A program made the position numbers and the translations under genes. Under the pieces are notes generated by a model that saw nothing but the letters and a program-made list of their open reading frames with translations, was not told the origin of the DNA and did no database searches. From NCBI GenBank assembly GCA_963546395.1, contig CAUUMS010000002.1, positions 12,585-76,584 on the forward strand: DNA of 64,000 nt. The letters are read 5' to 3'. The DNA is from an uncultured Bacteroidia bacterium. Lineage in GTDB: Bacteria > Bacteroidota > Bacteroidia > Bacteroidales > CAJPTX01. Positions 17,606 to 28,400 of the stretch are shown here, piece by piece. The first letter of the stretch is position 1; each line of letters opens with the position of its first letter.

Positions 17606-19771
17606 ATGGCTACGTTAGAGACTTTGCGGAATAGGGCGGGCGTGCTGGTCGCCGCCGTGATCGGCCTGGCCCTGCTGGCATTTATCCTGGGCGATTTCAG
17701 CCAGGGGCGTTCGGTGTTCAGCTCCGATAGCGCGGATGTGGGGAGTGTAGACGGCACGGCGCTGAGCTACCAGAACTTCCAGCAGATGTTCGATAATCAG
17801 ATCAACATCATGCAGGCCTACTCGCGTGAGGGGGCCAACACCGAGGCCATGTCGGAGCAGGTGCGCAACCAGGTGTGGGAGCGTTTCGTGCGTCAGCAGA
17901 TGCTCGAGCGCGAGTACGACCTCCTGGGACTGGGCTTCACCACCGATGAGCTCTCGAGCTACATCATCGGCAATGAGATACACCCAGCGGTGCGTCAGAT
18001 TTTCACCAATCCGCAGACCCAAGAGTTCGACCGCCAACAGATGCTCAACTTTCTGCAAAACCTCGAGAGTGGCGTGAGCCCCGAGCAGCGGGCCTACTGG
18101 CTGGAGGTGGAGCAGGAGATCATGGATGAGCGCATGATGCAGAAGTACGTGACGCTGGTTGCGAAGGGGCTGGGGGTAACGAAGTTCGACGTGGCCTTCC
18201 AGGATTCGCTCGCCGCCAGCTCGGTGGATGCGGCCTACGTGTTTAAGCCCTACAGCGCGGAACCCGACTCGCTCTACAAGGTCTCGGAGGCTGAGGCAAA
18301 GGCCTACTACAAGCAGAACCGCGAGAAGTATCGCGACGTGACGCGGCGCGACATGGCCTACGTGAGCTTCCCGCTCAAGCCGGGCGAGCTGGATTTTGAG
18401 GCGGCGCGGGAGGGACTCAGCAAGCTGGCCCAAGAATTTATGGCCACCCCAGAGCCGATGCTCTTCGCGCAGCAGAATGGCGACTACAGGAGCAAGGGTG
18501 CCTGGGTGAGCGAGAGCGACCTCCCGAGCTCTGTGGCTGCCTGGCTGGCCGAGGGTGTGGCCACCGATTCGCTCTCGCCGGTGCTCCGCGAGGGGGATGA
18601 GTTCATGATGGCCCGCCTGATAGGGCGTCGCAGTTTACCCGACTCGGTGAAGGCGCGCCATATCCTCTTCTCGTTCCAGAAATACCCGCAAGCCGTGGCG
18701 CAGCAAAAGGCCGACAGCGTGGCCGACTTGCTACGCGCTGGTGACGGTAGCTTTGCCGCAATGGCGGAGGAGCTATCGGACGATCCCGGCTCCAAGAGCC
18801 AGGGTGGCGACTTGGGCTGGTTTGCCGCGGGACGCATGGTGCAGCCGTTCAATGATGCGTGCTTCGAGGGTCGTAAGGGTGACATCACGGTGGTGACCAC
18901 CACGTACGGGGTGCACGTGATCGAGATAGAGGATCAGGGTGGCAGCTCGCCCAGGTTGCAGGTGGCTATCCTGTCGCGCAAGGCTGAGGCGGGTAACCAC
19001 ACCTACCAGACGGTGTTCAACCAGGCCAGTGCCTTCGCCTCGAATGCGCACGTGGAGGCCCCATCATGGTGGGGACGGCTCACGGGTAAGGGGGCTGCGC
19101 GCAAGGAGCAGGCGGAGCAGATGTTCGATTCGCTGGCCTCTGCGCAGAACCTGTCGAAGCTGATGGCCAACGGCATTGAGAGCACTTGGGCTCGCATCAA
19201 TGGTCTGGACAACTCCCGCGAGATGGTGCGCTGGGCCTATGAGGCCACGCCGGGCGATGTGTCGAAGGTGTTTGAGCTGGGCGACCAATTCGTGGTGGCC
19301 CTGCTGCTACGAGTGCGTGAGAGCGAGGACGGCTACGCAACCTTCGAGGCAGTGCGAGACGATGTGGAGCGCGATGCGCGGCTAGAGATGAAGCGCGAGG
19401 CGCTGGGGCGCCGCTTTGCGGAGGCATTCAAGGGACAGTCAGATATCAATGCGCTGGCTAGCAGCCTGGGCGAATCGGTGCGTCGTGCGGATGGGATCAC
19501 ATTCAACGCCTACGCTTTCGGGCAGGAGGGGTTTGAGCCTGCGGCGGTAGGGGCGGCCTCTGCGCTCAAGGGTGCGCAGGTGGCAGTGCCAGTGGTGGGA
19601 AATGCCGGGGTGTTTGCCATCCAGGCCGAGTCGGTGGGTGCCAATGCGAATCCTGCGCCAGTCGATAGGGCCTCGTTGCAGGATGGGCTGCGTCGCAATG
19701 TGAGCTACGAGGTGCTGGGATCGCTGCGGGACATGTCAGATATACGCGACAATCGGGCGCGCTTCTTCTAG
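17606..19771 (+). CDS. periplasmic chaperone / peptidylprolyl isomerase, PpiD/SurA-like
   Basis: N-terminal anchor helix, SurA-N-like region and a parvulin domain (VKARHILF...GGDLGWF...GVHVIE). Confidence 0.85.
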   Translation: MATLETLRNRAGVLVAAVIGLALLAFILGDFSQGRSVFSSDSADVGSVDGTALSYQNFQQMFDNQINIMQAYSREGANTEAMSEQVRNQVWERFVRQQMLEREYDLLGLGFTTDELSSYIIGNEIHPAVRQIFTNPQTQEFDRQQMLNFLQNLESGVSPEQRAYWLEVEQEIMDERMMQKYVTLVAKGLGVTKFDVAFQDSLAASSVDAAYVFKPYSAEPDSLYKVSEAEAKAYYKQNREKYRDVTRRDMAYVSFPLKPGELDFEAAREGLSKLAQEFMATPEPMLFAQQNGDYRSKGAWVSESDLPSSVAAWLAEGVATDSLSPVLREGDEFMMARLIGRRSLPDSVKARHILFSFQKYPQAVAQQKADSVADLLRAGDGSFAAMAEELSDDPGSKSQGGDLGWFAAGRMVQPFNDACFEGRKGDITVVTTTYGVHVIEIEDQGGSSPRLQVAILSRKAEAGNHTYQTVFNQASAFASNAHVEAPSWWGRLTGKGAARKEQAEQMFDSLASAQNLSKLMANGIESTWARINGLDNSREMVRWAYEATPGDVSKVFELGDQFVVALLLRVRESEDGYATFEAVRDDVERDARLEMKREALGRRFAEAFKGQSDINALASSLGESVRRADGITFNAYAFGQEGFEPAAVGAASALKGAQVAVPVVGNAGVFAIQAESVGANANPAPVDRASLQDGLRRNVSYEVLGSLRDMSDIRDNRARFF

Positions 19772-19819
19772 CGCACCCCGTTGGGGATTTTTGAAGCTAG
19801 GGATTAACGGATTCGGACT

Positions 19820-21505
19820 ATGCAAAAACGTGTTTTATGGGGCGTGCTCCTGCTGGCAGGGCTGGTGGGAACATTCACGGGCTGCCAGTATGCAGAGATT
19901 GCCTCGATGGGGCTGGATGAGACGCGCCCCGGCCTGGTGGGGCCCATGCTCTGCGATACGCTCTCGGTGTCGGAGATGGCTGAGCGGGTGGGCGAGAGCA
20001 CCAAGGTGTACTATCGCAAGGATGACGACGTGGCCTATGTGATCAATTCCGACACGGTGAGGGTTCCAGCTCTCTCGCACATTGCGCTACGTAACACGAA
20101 GAGTGGCCAGCGGGTATTCACCTTCAATGCGGGTGTGCCGACTAGTTTGCCGGTAGAGTTCACGATGATATTCGTGCGCCCGGGCAATCTGGCAAAGGCG
20201 AGGTTCGATGCCAAGCGGTTCGATCTCGTCATCTCTTGCCCCAATGCCCCCGCTGGCACTAGGTCGATCAGGGGGAGAGTGAGCTTCCGTGGAAGCAGCG
20301 CCTCGGTGCCATTCGAGGTGGGCGTGCGACGGGTTACCACGGTGTCGCTCCTCGAGATCAAGGGCGAGGTGCTGAATCTGCTCCATAAGACCGCAGGGAA
20401 GGAGGAGAGGAATCAGCTCATGTTGGATTTCACCAACCTAGAGGTTGTGGGTGCAACCACCGGAGAAGCGAGGCTTGCGATACATGCCGAGGCTGAAGGG
20501 GTGGACATGAAAGAGGCCATTGGCCAATCGGGCATCGGCGGTGAGCGTCTTGTGGGACAGCAGAGCGGCCTTAGCACCGAGATATTCTCCACCACGGTGC
20601 TCGCCGATCAGAGCGTGCCGGACGTATTCTTCGAGCTCGAGGTGCAGAATGCTCCCTTTGATATGAAGCTTAAGGTGGAGAATCTGAAGGCACTCAACTT
20701 CCAGAATAAAGATTTTCTGCCCGATGGTCGGGAGGTTAGGAATAAGCTCCCGCTGGGTGCTAATGCTCTGGATCTTACGCCTGGGGCCACAGGAAACGTA
20801 GTGCCCAAGGGTTCCAAGTCGAAAGTCTTCAGGCTGGATGCGCAGAACTCCAATATCGGTGAACTGTTTGGGCGTGGAGCCAATCGTTTGAGCTTCGCAG
20901 CCATCACTTTTGAGGCCGATGCCCCATCATCTAATAAAGATGAGGTTCTGCCGCTCGCGGTTGACACGGTGCGGCTCATCAAGCGCTGCGGCATGTCCAT
21001 TGACGGGTGGGTGAGGTCGAATCTCATGCGCTCGAGGATGAATGTGGATGCCGACTTCCTCGGTGGCGGGTTTGCCCAGGCCGATGAGAAGGGGGTGCAT
21101 GCCGAGAAGATGAAGCTGGAGTTCGTTATCGCCAACCACATTCCGATGGATGTGTACGCCCGCATGACGTTTGAGGATAAGGATGGCAAGCCGCTGTTTA
21201 CGCTCAACTTCGATCAGGAGAAGTTGGCCCCTGGCATAGCGCCGAGTGAGAAGATGGGGCTCTTTGTGCCGGCGGCTGAGGTGCGCGATGGCTTTGCGGC
21301 AACCGAGCGGACGGCTTACATTGAGATCCCGCTCACGAGGGAGGAGTACGAGCGCGTGGCGCAGAATGCTAGGTCGCTACGCACCGAGTACCTCTTCCGC
21401 ACCGCGGGTGCTGCGGCGGGACAGCGCGTGGCGTTGCGCAAGCAGGATTACCTGCGGGTGAACGTGAGCATGCGGATCGATGGCCGGGTTGACAAACTGA
21501 AGTAA
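19820..21505 (+). CDS. lipoprotein of unknown function, 561 aa
   Basis: Signal peptide with lipobox LVGTFTGC. First gene of a three-gene same-strand set with 16- and 34-bp gaps. Confidence 0.7.
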   Translation: MQKRVLWGVLLLAGLVGTFTGCQYAEIASMGLDETRPGLVGPMLCDTLSVSEMAERVGESTKVYYRKDDDVAYVINSDTVRVPALSHIALRNTKSGQRVFTFNAGVPTSLPVEFTMIFVRPGNLAKARFDAKRFDLVISCPNAPAGTRSIRGRVSFRGSSASVPFEVGVRRVTTVSLLEIKGEVLNLLHKTAGKEERNQLMLDFTNLEVVGATTGEARLAIHAEAEGVDMKEAIGQSGIGGERLVGQQSGLSTEIFSTTVLADQSVPDVFFELEVQNAPFDMKLKVENLKALNFQNKDFLPDGREVRNKLPLGANALDLTPGATGNVVPKGSKSKVFRLDAQNSNIGELFGRGANRLSFAAITFEADAPSSNKDEVLPLAVDTVRLIKRCGMSIDGWVRSNLMRSRMNVDADFLGGGFAQADEKGVHAEKMKLEFVIANHIPMDVYARMTFEDKDGKPLFTLNFDQEKLAPGIAPSEKMGLFVPAAEVRDGFAATERTAYIEIPLTREEYERVAQNARSLRTEYLFRTAGAAAGQRVALRKQDYLRVNVSMRIDGRVDKLK

Positions 21506-21521
21506 ACGGAGGAACGCGAAC

Positions 21522-22940
21522 GTGAAATACCGAATGAGAAAGCTCCTTGGCGGGGCTGCGGTTTTGTTGGCCGGCATGTGCCTCGCACCGATGGGGGCGA
21601 GCGCGCAGACAGAGATGCTGCTGCCCTACACGCAACCCATCTTTCAGTCGACGTGGGCCAATCCGGCTGTGCGTCCTGAGCACCGATTCAGCTTCAGCAT
21701 TGCGCCGCTGTCATCGATCGAGCTGGGGGTCATCAACGATGCGTTTACCATCGGGGGCATTTCGGCTAAGCAAGGCAGCAAGCTGCTTGCGGATCCCGAG
21801 AAGCTGGTGGCTGCTGTGCGTGAGCACAAGCTGAACCATGGGTATGCCGAATTCCAGGCCGATATCTTCCACTTCCGCATGCTATGGCGGAATTGGAACT
21901 TCTGGATTGGGGCGCGCAACGTGTCGACGCTCTCGCTGACCTACCCGCAGCACTTGGTGGAGCTGACCATGTATGGGAACGCCCACTTCCTCGGGAAGAC
22001 GATGCAGTTCTCCGACTTGGCCGTGAGCTCCACCAACTACACGGAGCTGACGTTGGGGGCATCGAAGATCATGGAGAAGTGGGTGGTGGGCGGACGCCTC
22101 AGCCTGCTTGGGGGGACGTTCGATGCGCACACTGAGCTGAAGAAGTTTGAGGTGACGGTGCGGGACGATCGGAATCGCCTCTACCATCACCACGTGGTGG
22201 CTGATGGGCAGGTGCTCATGTCGGGCATCCCCCGCAATGCGGATGGGGGGCCTGCCTTCGGGGATTTTGGTAAGGCGCTGGGCAAGTACAACTACTTCAA
22301 TTTGAGGAACCCGGGGCTGGCATTGTCGGCAGCCGTGGCCTGGAAGCCCGAGAAGAATACGAACGTGACGTTTGCGTTCAGCGACCTCGGCTTCATCCGC
22401 TGGGGCGATGGGCTGAGCACAATGGATCTCAAGGAGGTGGATTACGACTGGACGCGCATGGGTGATCTGGGGCAGATGCTGATGCGCCGCCGGCTCAAGT
22501 GGGACAATGTGCGGAAGAAGATTGAGGAGATCTTGCAGATTGACTCGGCGAAGCTGCGCAGCGGGAGCGCCTACACGACGTGGCTCTCGCCCAAGTTCCA
22601 CCTGATGGGTACCTACCGTGTAGCTCGGCAGAGCGTGGTGGGGGTATCGCTCTCGGGCATTGTGCACAAAGGGGAGTTCTACCCCTCGGCCACGGTGAGC
22701 TTCCAGCAGAGCTACTCGAACCTGATACATGCGCAGGTGGCCTGGAGCTACAATCAGCGCTCGTGGACGAACGTGGGATTTGGGGTGGTCTTCACGCCGG
22801 GGCCGGTGCAGATGTATCTGATATCGGACAACATGCTGGGCTTGATTCTGCCAAAGCATATGCGGGCCACGAATATTCGCATGGGGGTCAACTTTGTGCT
22901 CGGGCCGCTGTATGACAACCATAAACTCACGAACCGCTAG
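21522..22940 (+). CDS. outer-membrane beta-barrel protein, PorP/SprF-like or DUF5723-like (family uncertain)
   Basis: Signal peptide ending ASAQ, an early NPA motif (STWANPAV), alternating beta-strand pattern and a terminal GVNFVLG strand. Confidence 0.6.
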   Translation: MKYRMRKLLGGAAVLLAGMCLAPMGASAQTEMLLPYTQPIFQSTWANPAVRPEHRFSFSIAPLSSIELGVINDAFTIGGISAKQGSKLLADPEKLVAAVREHKLNHGYAEFQADIFHFRMLWRNWNFWIGARNVSTLSLTYPQHLVELTMYGNAHFLGKTMQFSDLAVSSTNYTELTLGASKIMEKWVVGGRLSLLGGTFDAHTELKKFEVTVRDDRNRLYHHHVVADGQVLMSGIPRNADGGPAFGDFGKALGKYNYFNLRNPGLALSAAVAWKPEKNTNVTFAFSDLGFIRWGDGLSTMDLKEVDYDWTRMGDLGQMLMRRRLKWDNVRKKIEEILQIDSAKLRSGSAYTTWLSPKFHLMGTYRVARQSVVGVSLSGIVHKGEFYPSATVSFQQSYSNLIHAQVAWSYNQRSWTNVGFGVVFTPGPVQMYLISDNMLGLILPKHMRATNIRMGVNFVLGPLYDNHKLTNR

Positions 22941-22974
22941 GCCGAGGTTTGTTCACAAGGAATGATATTTCGCT

Positions 22975-25092
22975 ATGAAGTGCAGAAATAGTTTAGCAAT
23001 GCTGCGGCTGGTTGTTCTGTTGTCGGTGCTTGCCTTCGGTGTGGGTACGGCGCATGCGCAGCTTTTCTGGCCTGAGAACCTGGGAGACTCGGTGAATACG
23101 GAGTACCCTGAGGTAAACCCGGTGATGACGAAGGGTGGGGACACGCTTTTCTTCAGCCGTATCAATAGCCCCGACAACCGTTACGGTGCCGAGGATAGCC
23201 AGGACATCTGGATGAGCGTGAAGGGGGCTGATGGAGCCTGGAAGAAGGCTGAGCGGTTGCCCGACGCGGTGAATATTGCCCGCTACAATGCCCTCTACTC
23301 GGTGCTGGCGGACGGAAAATCGTTCCTGATTGCCGGGGTGTTCGATAAGCACGGCAAGATGTGGTTGCGCCGCGGTTTCTCGATCGTCAAGTGCGACCGT
23401 GGGAACTGGAGTAAGCCCGAGCGGGTGCACGTGAAGTGGTTCTACTGGATGAATGAGGGGGATGTGGCGAATGCCTACATGACGCCCGATGGGAAGTACC
23501 TCTACATGGCGATGTCTCGCCGCTATGCGAGCGATCGTTTGGCTATCTACGTGTCGCAACGCCAGAAGGGGAAGGGCTACGTGTTCTCACGCCCTAAGCG
23601 GGTGAAGGGGCCCATGGCCGATTTCTTCTCAGCTGAGACCCCGGTGTACAGCGAGGCGCACGGACGGCTCTACTTCGCTGCCAGGAAGAATGCGGAGGAT
23701 GTGGGCGATGCCAACATTTTCGCCGTATCGAAGTCGGGGCAGAATAATGTGGTGTCTTGGGATAAGCTCGTTCGGCTCTCCGACACGGTGAACACGGCGA
23801 TGTGGGAGTCCTACTTTGTGCCGTCGCCGGATGGCACGCGCGCGCTGCTCTGCAGCGACAAGGAGGGCGGTTTCGGTAAGTCGGACATCTACAACGTGAT
23901 GCTGACGGAGTCCAGGCCGTGGGTTTACGTGAAGGGGCGCATCCTGGATGCTTTCACCAAGGCCCCGCTGCCGATGAGCGCAGCCCCGGTGCTGCTGGTG
24001 AATGGCGAGCAGCATGACTCGATGCAAATGCGTAAGGATTCGGCCTACTTTGAGGGTAAGCTCCCGCTGGGTGAGCGTTACGTCTTCACGGCGCAGCGGC
24101 CCCATTGTACCTCGGACACCCTGGTGGTGGATATGAGCAACGAGCGTCTCTACCACGAGGCGACGGTGGATCTGACGCTGACATCGCTACCCTACGTGCA
24201 CGTGAAGGGTGTGCTGATCAATAGCATTGCGATGGCCCCGATTGAGGCTCGCTACAACCCGACGCTGCTGATTGATGGGCAGCCGGTGGATAGTGCTAAG
24301 ATTGATCCTAAGACATCGGCCTTTAGCGTGAACCTGCCGTTTGGGCGTAAGTACCAGATTGCGGCGAAGGCTGATGAGCACACGAGTCAGCCTGCGGAGC
24401 TGGATCTCACTCGCTACCATGAGTACACGGAAGTGCCATGCAATGCATTCGCTCGCCTGCTGAATGCGAACATGGTGACGCTGAAGGGTACGGTGATCAA
24501 TACCAAGACGGGTAAGCCACTGGAGCCGGGCATCGATGTGAAGATGCGCGTGAATCGGGTGATCTCGGATCTCTTCCGCTACGACAACAAGACGGCTAAC
24601 TACACGATGATGCTGCCGGCTGGGGCGGACTACGACCTGATACCGAGCGTGAAGAATTTCTACAACAAGCTTGAGGTGGTGGATCTGCGGAATGCTAAGC
24701 CGCGCTCGGTGGTGCAGCGTAATTTCTTCGTGATGCCGCTGGAGGTGGGACAATCGGTTGACATCGAGAACATCTTCTTCGAGACGGCTAAGAGCACGCT
24801 GAAGCCTGAGTCATACCGTTCGCTGAATGCTCTTGTAGAGTTCTTCAATGAGTATCCGAACGTGGTGGTAGAAATCGGTGGTCACACCGACAATGTGGGT
24901 GGAGCCTCGTACAACAAGAAGCTGTCTCAAGCTCGTGCGGCCTCGGTGGCTGAGTATATCATCCAGCAGGGGATCAGCAGGGATCGGTTCCGTGCGAAGG
25001 GTTACGGTTTCGACAAGCCTAAGGCGAGCAACAAGACGGCTAAGGGACGTGCCCAGAACCGTCGTGTAGACTTTACCATCCTGGGGATCTAG
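22975..25092 (+). CDS. OmpA-family peptidoglycan-binding protein with TolB-like propeller repeats and carboxypeptidase-regulatory-like domains (PorE-like architecture)
   Basis: Signal peptide and PD40-like repeats (PDGKYLYMA, PSPDGTRALLCSD). C-terminal OmpA_C motif: IFFETAKSTL...GHTDNVG...NKKLSQARA...NRRVDFTI. Confidence 0.8.
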   Translation: MKCRNSLAMLRLVVLLSVLAFGVGTAHAQLFWPENLGDSVNTEYPEVNPVMTKGGDTLFFSRINSPDNRYGAEDSQDIWMSVKGADGAWKKAERLPDAVNIARYNALYSVLADGKSFLIAGVFDKHGKMWLRRGFSIVKCDRGNWSKPERVHVKWFYWMNEGDVANAYMTPDGKYLYMAMSRRYASDRLAIYVSQRQKGKGYVFSRPKRVKGPMADFFSAETPVYSEAHGRLYFAARKNAEDVGDANIFAVSKSGQNNVVSWDKLVRLSDTVNTAMWESYFVPSPDGTRALLCSDKEGGFGKSDIYNVMLTESRPWVYVKGRILDAFTKAPLPMSAAPVLLVNGEQHDSMQMRKDSAYFEGKLPLGERYVFTAQRPHCTSDTLVVDMSNERLYHEATVDLTLTSLPYVHVKGVLINSIAMAPIEARYNPTLLIDGQPVDSAKIDPKTSAFSVNLPFGRKYQIAAKADEHTSQPAELDLTRYHEYTEVPCNAFARLLNANMVTLKGTVINTKTGKPLEPGIDVKMRVNRVISDLFRYDNKTANYTMMLPAGADYDLIPSVKNFYNKLEVVDLRNAKPRSVVQRNFFVMPLEVGQSVDIENIFFETAKSTLKPESYRSLNALVEFFNEYPNVVVEIGGHTDNVGGASYNKKLSQARAASVAEYIIQQGISRDRFRAKGYGFDKPKASNKTAKGRAQNRRVDFTILGI

Positions 25093-25118
25093 CCTAGGAG
25101 ACCCTAAGGGGATAGACT

Positions 25119-25160
25119 AGAGGGAGGGGTTGACCACATGGTCAGCCCCTCCCTCTTTTG
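25119..25160 (+). terminator. rho-independent terminator after the OmpA-family gene
   Basis: 17-bp stem (agagggaggggttgacc / ggtcagcccctccctct, one G-U pair), loop acat, then TTTT. Confidence 0.7.
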
Positions 25161-25492
25161 CTTCACGCATTACTTTGGCGCCGGATTATTGGTGTGCCAA
25201 GGGACGCATCAGGTGTAGCAGTGCGGATTTGTGTCTGGTCTCGGCTATTGTCTCAAGGGGGAGAAAAGTGCAGGGCTACTGTGCGGCATTCACCCGAGGT
25301 GGGGAGTTATGGATGATTGGAAATTTTAATATAACTAATGGATTGGCAATCAGGGCAAAGCGGTGATTCCATGCGTGCTGCCATGCGGCATTGGGGCCTG
25401 CTTGCCGTGAATTATGGCTAACTTGCCGTTCGTGCGGATGCGATCAATGAGGGGGTGTTTCAAGGACTATTTACTCAACTAATAGTAGTTGT

Positions 25493-28400
25493 ATGAGAAA
25501 GTTCTACGCATTTTTCCTTGTACTGCTGCTGTGGCTGCCACTGGGGTTGCAGGCGCAGCAGTGGGTGCAACTCGGTACACATCGCTTTGTGCCGGAGCAG
25601 AATCTTCGTCGGCCACATCGCGGTGCCCTGGATCTAGGCCAGGCCGTGGGCGGATGCCACAATGTGCTGGTGCAGTTCGAGGCGATTCCCAGCGGGAAGA
25701 CGATGAGCGCGCTGCAACAGCAGGGCCTGAAGCTGGGTGACTACGTGGGCGGAAATGCCTACTTCGCCACGGTGGCAGAGGGGACAGATGTGCAGGCCTA
25801 CCGCAAGGCGGGCCTTGTGTCGCTGATTCCCGTGAGGGCTGAGTGGAAGCTATCGCCTCAGCTAGAGGGTGGCCGGGTGCCGAGCCATGCGAAAGTTACT
25901 GAGGGCACGGCCCGGGTGGACATCACATTTGCTAGCAATGTCACGCCACAGGAGGCGCAGAGCGCATTGCAGCGTTTGGGATGCACCGAGGTGAGCGTGT
26001 CGGACATCTTTGCCTGTGCCAGAGTTGTAACGCAGTGCGACCGCCTTGAGGCACTATTGGCTCTGCCGTGGGTGCTGCGCGTGGAACCGATAGAGCCTCC
26101 GTATTCCACGAATAATTACAGCGGGCGTACGTTGGGGCGCGCAAGCGTGCTGAGCATTCCGACTACTTTGGGCGGCCGTGGATTGCGGGGCCGTGGCAGC
26201 CGTGTCGGGGTGTGGGATGGGAATGCAGTGACGCATCCCGATTTTGGCGAACGGGTGCATGTGCAAGAGTATGAGTCTTCGGTGGAGGCGGCGGATCATG
26301 GCACGCACGTGACGGGTACCGTCCTTGGGGCTGGTATGCAGGATCCGGACGGGATGGGGATGGCTCCCGAGGCGCATGCCTGGACGTATAATTTTAATCG
26401 GGGTCGTAATGGTCTGAGCGAGCCCGAGGAGATGAAGAATGCAGCTAAGCGGTTCGGCATTACGCTGACGCAGAACTCCTATGGGCTCTATCTGTCGAAT
26501 GTGTGCGGGCTGTATAAGGATATCGTCTACTCGCTGGCTGATTTCCAGCGTGACCGTTTGGCCTGCGATGTGCCTACGCTGTCGCATGTGTTCGCCGCAG
26601 GGAATGACCAGGCCTCTTGCCCGAGCGTTGTGACTGAGGAGTATGGGAAGCCCGGCTACGGCACGGTGACGATTCGGGCTAAGAATATGATTTACGTGGC
26701 CGCGGTGAATGAGCGGGGCACCATCACCAATTTCAGCTCTATGGGTCCGCAGGATGATGGTCGCCTGTTCCCCATTGTGTCGGCTAAGGGTGAGAGCGTG
26801 TACAGCGTGCGGCCGGTGAGCGGCTACCAGCGTCTGAGCGGTACGTCGATGGCCTGCCCTACCACGACTGGTCACCTGGCTCTGTTGCAGGAGCGTTATC
26901 GCCAGGTCAACTCTGGGGCAAATGTTCGGAATGACGTGCTGAAGGCGATTGTTGCCAACACGGCCAATGAGGCGGGACGTAAGGGGCCTGACTTCACGTA
27001 TGGGTATGGCATCCTGGATGCTGAGAAGGCTGTGCAGGCGATTGAGAATGAGTATTACCTCACGGGAGAGCTAGCTCACGGGGCGAAGGCAACGCATAGT
27101 ATCCAAGTGCCCGCATGGGCGACGGGGCTGAAGGTGATGCTGGTGTGGAATGATCCTCCTATCAGCAAGCCGGTGGAGTGGGGTCAGTCTGTGCTGGTGA
27201 ACGATTTGGATTTGTCGGTGAATGCGGGTGGTACGGACTGGGCACCGTGGGTGCTCAATCCTACCAAGGATCACGTGGAAGACCTGCCCGAGCGTAAGGT
27301 TGATCGGCTGAACAACATAGAGCAGGTGACGCTGTCGTCCGCAGAGCTCAACGGGGCGCAAAAGGTCGAAGTGAATATTGGGGCGCACCGTGTGGCTAAT
27401 GGGGCTCAACGCTACGCGCTGACGTGGTGGTTTGAGCGGGGTGATATGCGCATGCTGTATCCTGCGGCGGGTGAAGTGCTGGAGCCTGAGATGGCGTATG
27501 TGGCCCGGCTGGAGAACCCGCCGGCGAGCTACGACATAGAGCTGTCGTATGACGGTGGTATGACCTACAAGCGGATAGCGCGCATTGCCTCGGGGGATGC
27601 GAACCCGCTGTTCAAGGTGCCAGCCGATGCACCTGCATGTAGCAAAGCTGTGCTGCGCATTGTGGATGCACAGGGGCATTTTGCGGCTAGCCAGGGCGTA
27701 TTCACGATAGCTGCACAGCCTAAGAATTTGCAGTTGAAGACCGGGAATTGCGGCTACGATGGTTGGTCACTGACCTGGGATGAGGTACCCAGTGCCACGC
27801 ACGGGTACGAGATTCTGCTCGGTGATGCAAGCACGGGTATGTGGAAGTCGATAGGGCACACGGATGGGCCCCAGGCAGCTAAGTTTGAGCTCACGGGGGA
27901 TGAGATTCTGCGGATGGTGAAGGAGGCGGGTCGCCCGCTCTTTGCTGTGGCCACTCGTACGCCCGAGGGGCAGTGGGGTAAACGTTCCATTGCTCGGATG
28001 GCAGACCTCTCGGCTCAGCTGCATCCAGCACCGGCTGATTTGCCCATTGTGGAGACGTTCATGCGATTGCCCTCCCCTCTTTTCCGCACCAAGTCGGGTA
28101 AGAATGTGAAGGTGCAGTATGTGCCGCAGAAGATAGGGGATGCACCAGAGGGCTCCAACTACCTTGGGCTGGTGATTAAGGATCGGCTGAAGGATTTCGA
28201 TGAGTCGGACTACTTCGGCGCAAAGAATGCTGATAACGCAGCCGAGCTATTCATGTGTGAGGTAGACCTCACGGGGCATGGTACCACAGTGCTGCACATT
28301 ACGGGGGGGCTAATACCCAGCAACTCCCGAAAGCCTGAGACGGCACAGATGCGAGTGCTGAGCAATGACAAGCCGTTGAAGAGCCAGTATGGGGGTGAGG

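Noticed and set aside
17615-18433. Long antisense or alternative-frame ORFs inside large genes. Examples are 17615-18433(-), 21882-22922(-), 26054-26875(-), 32705-33733(-), 35714-36709(-), 49312-50028(+), 56454-57221(-), 60042-60905(-), 61070-62002(-) and 62425-63180(-).
   Set aside because: Each lies fully inside a gene with clear family motifs on the other strand or frame. Their translations are Arg/His/Pro/Leu-rich low-complexity sequence typical of shadow ORFs in high-GC DNA.
19772-19819. A terminator after the PpiD-like gene (ccccgttgggg followed by attttt).
   Set aside because: The stem is only 4-5 bp, and the next gene starts 48 bp downstream on the same strand. Read-through is as likely as termination.
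25160-25200. Similar sequence after the two strong terminators: cttcacgc...gccggatta at 25162-25195 and at 34966-34985.
   Set aside because: Only an 8-mer and a 9-mer are shared, separated by a 12-nt indel. That is too short to separate from chance without a genome-wide count.
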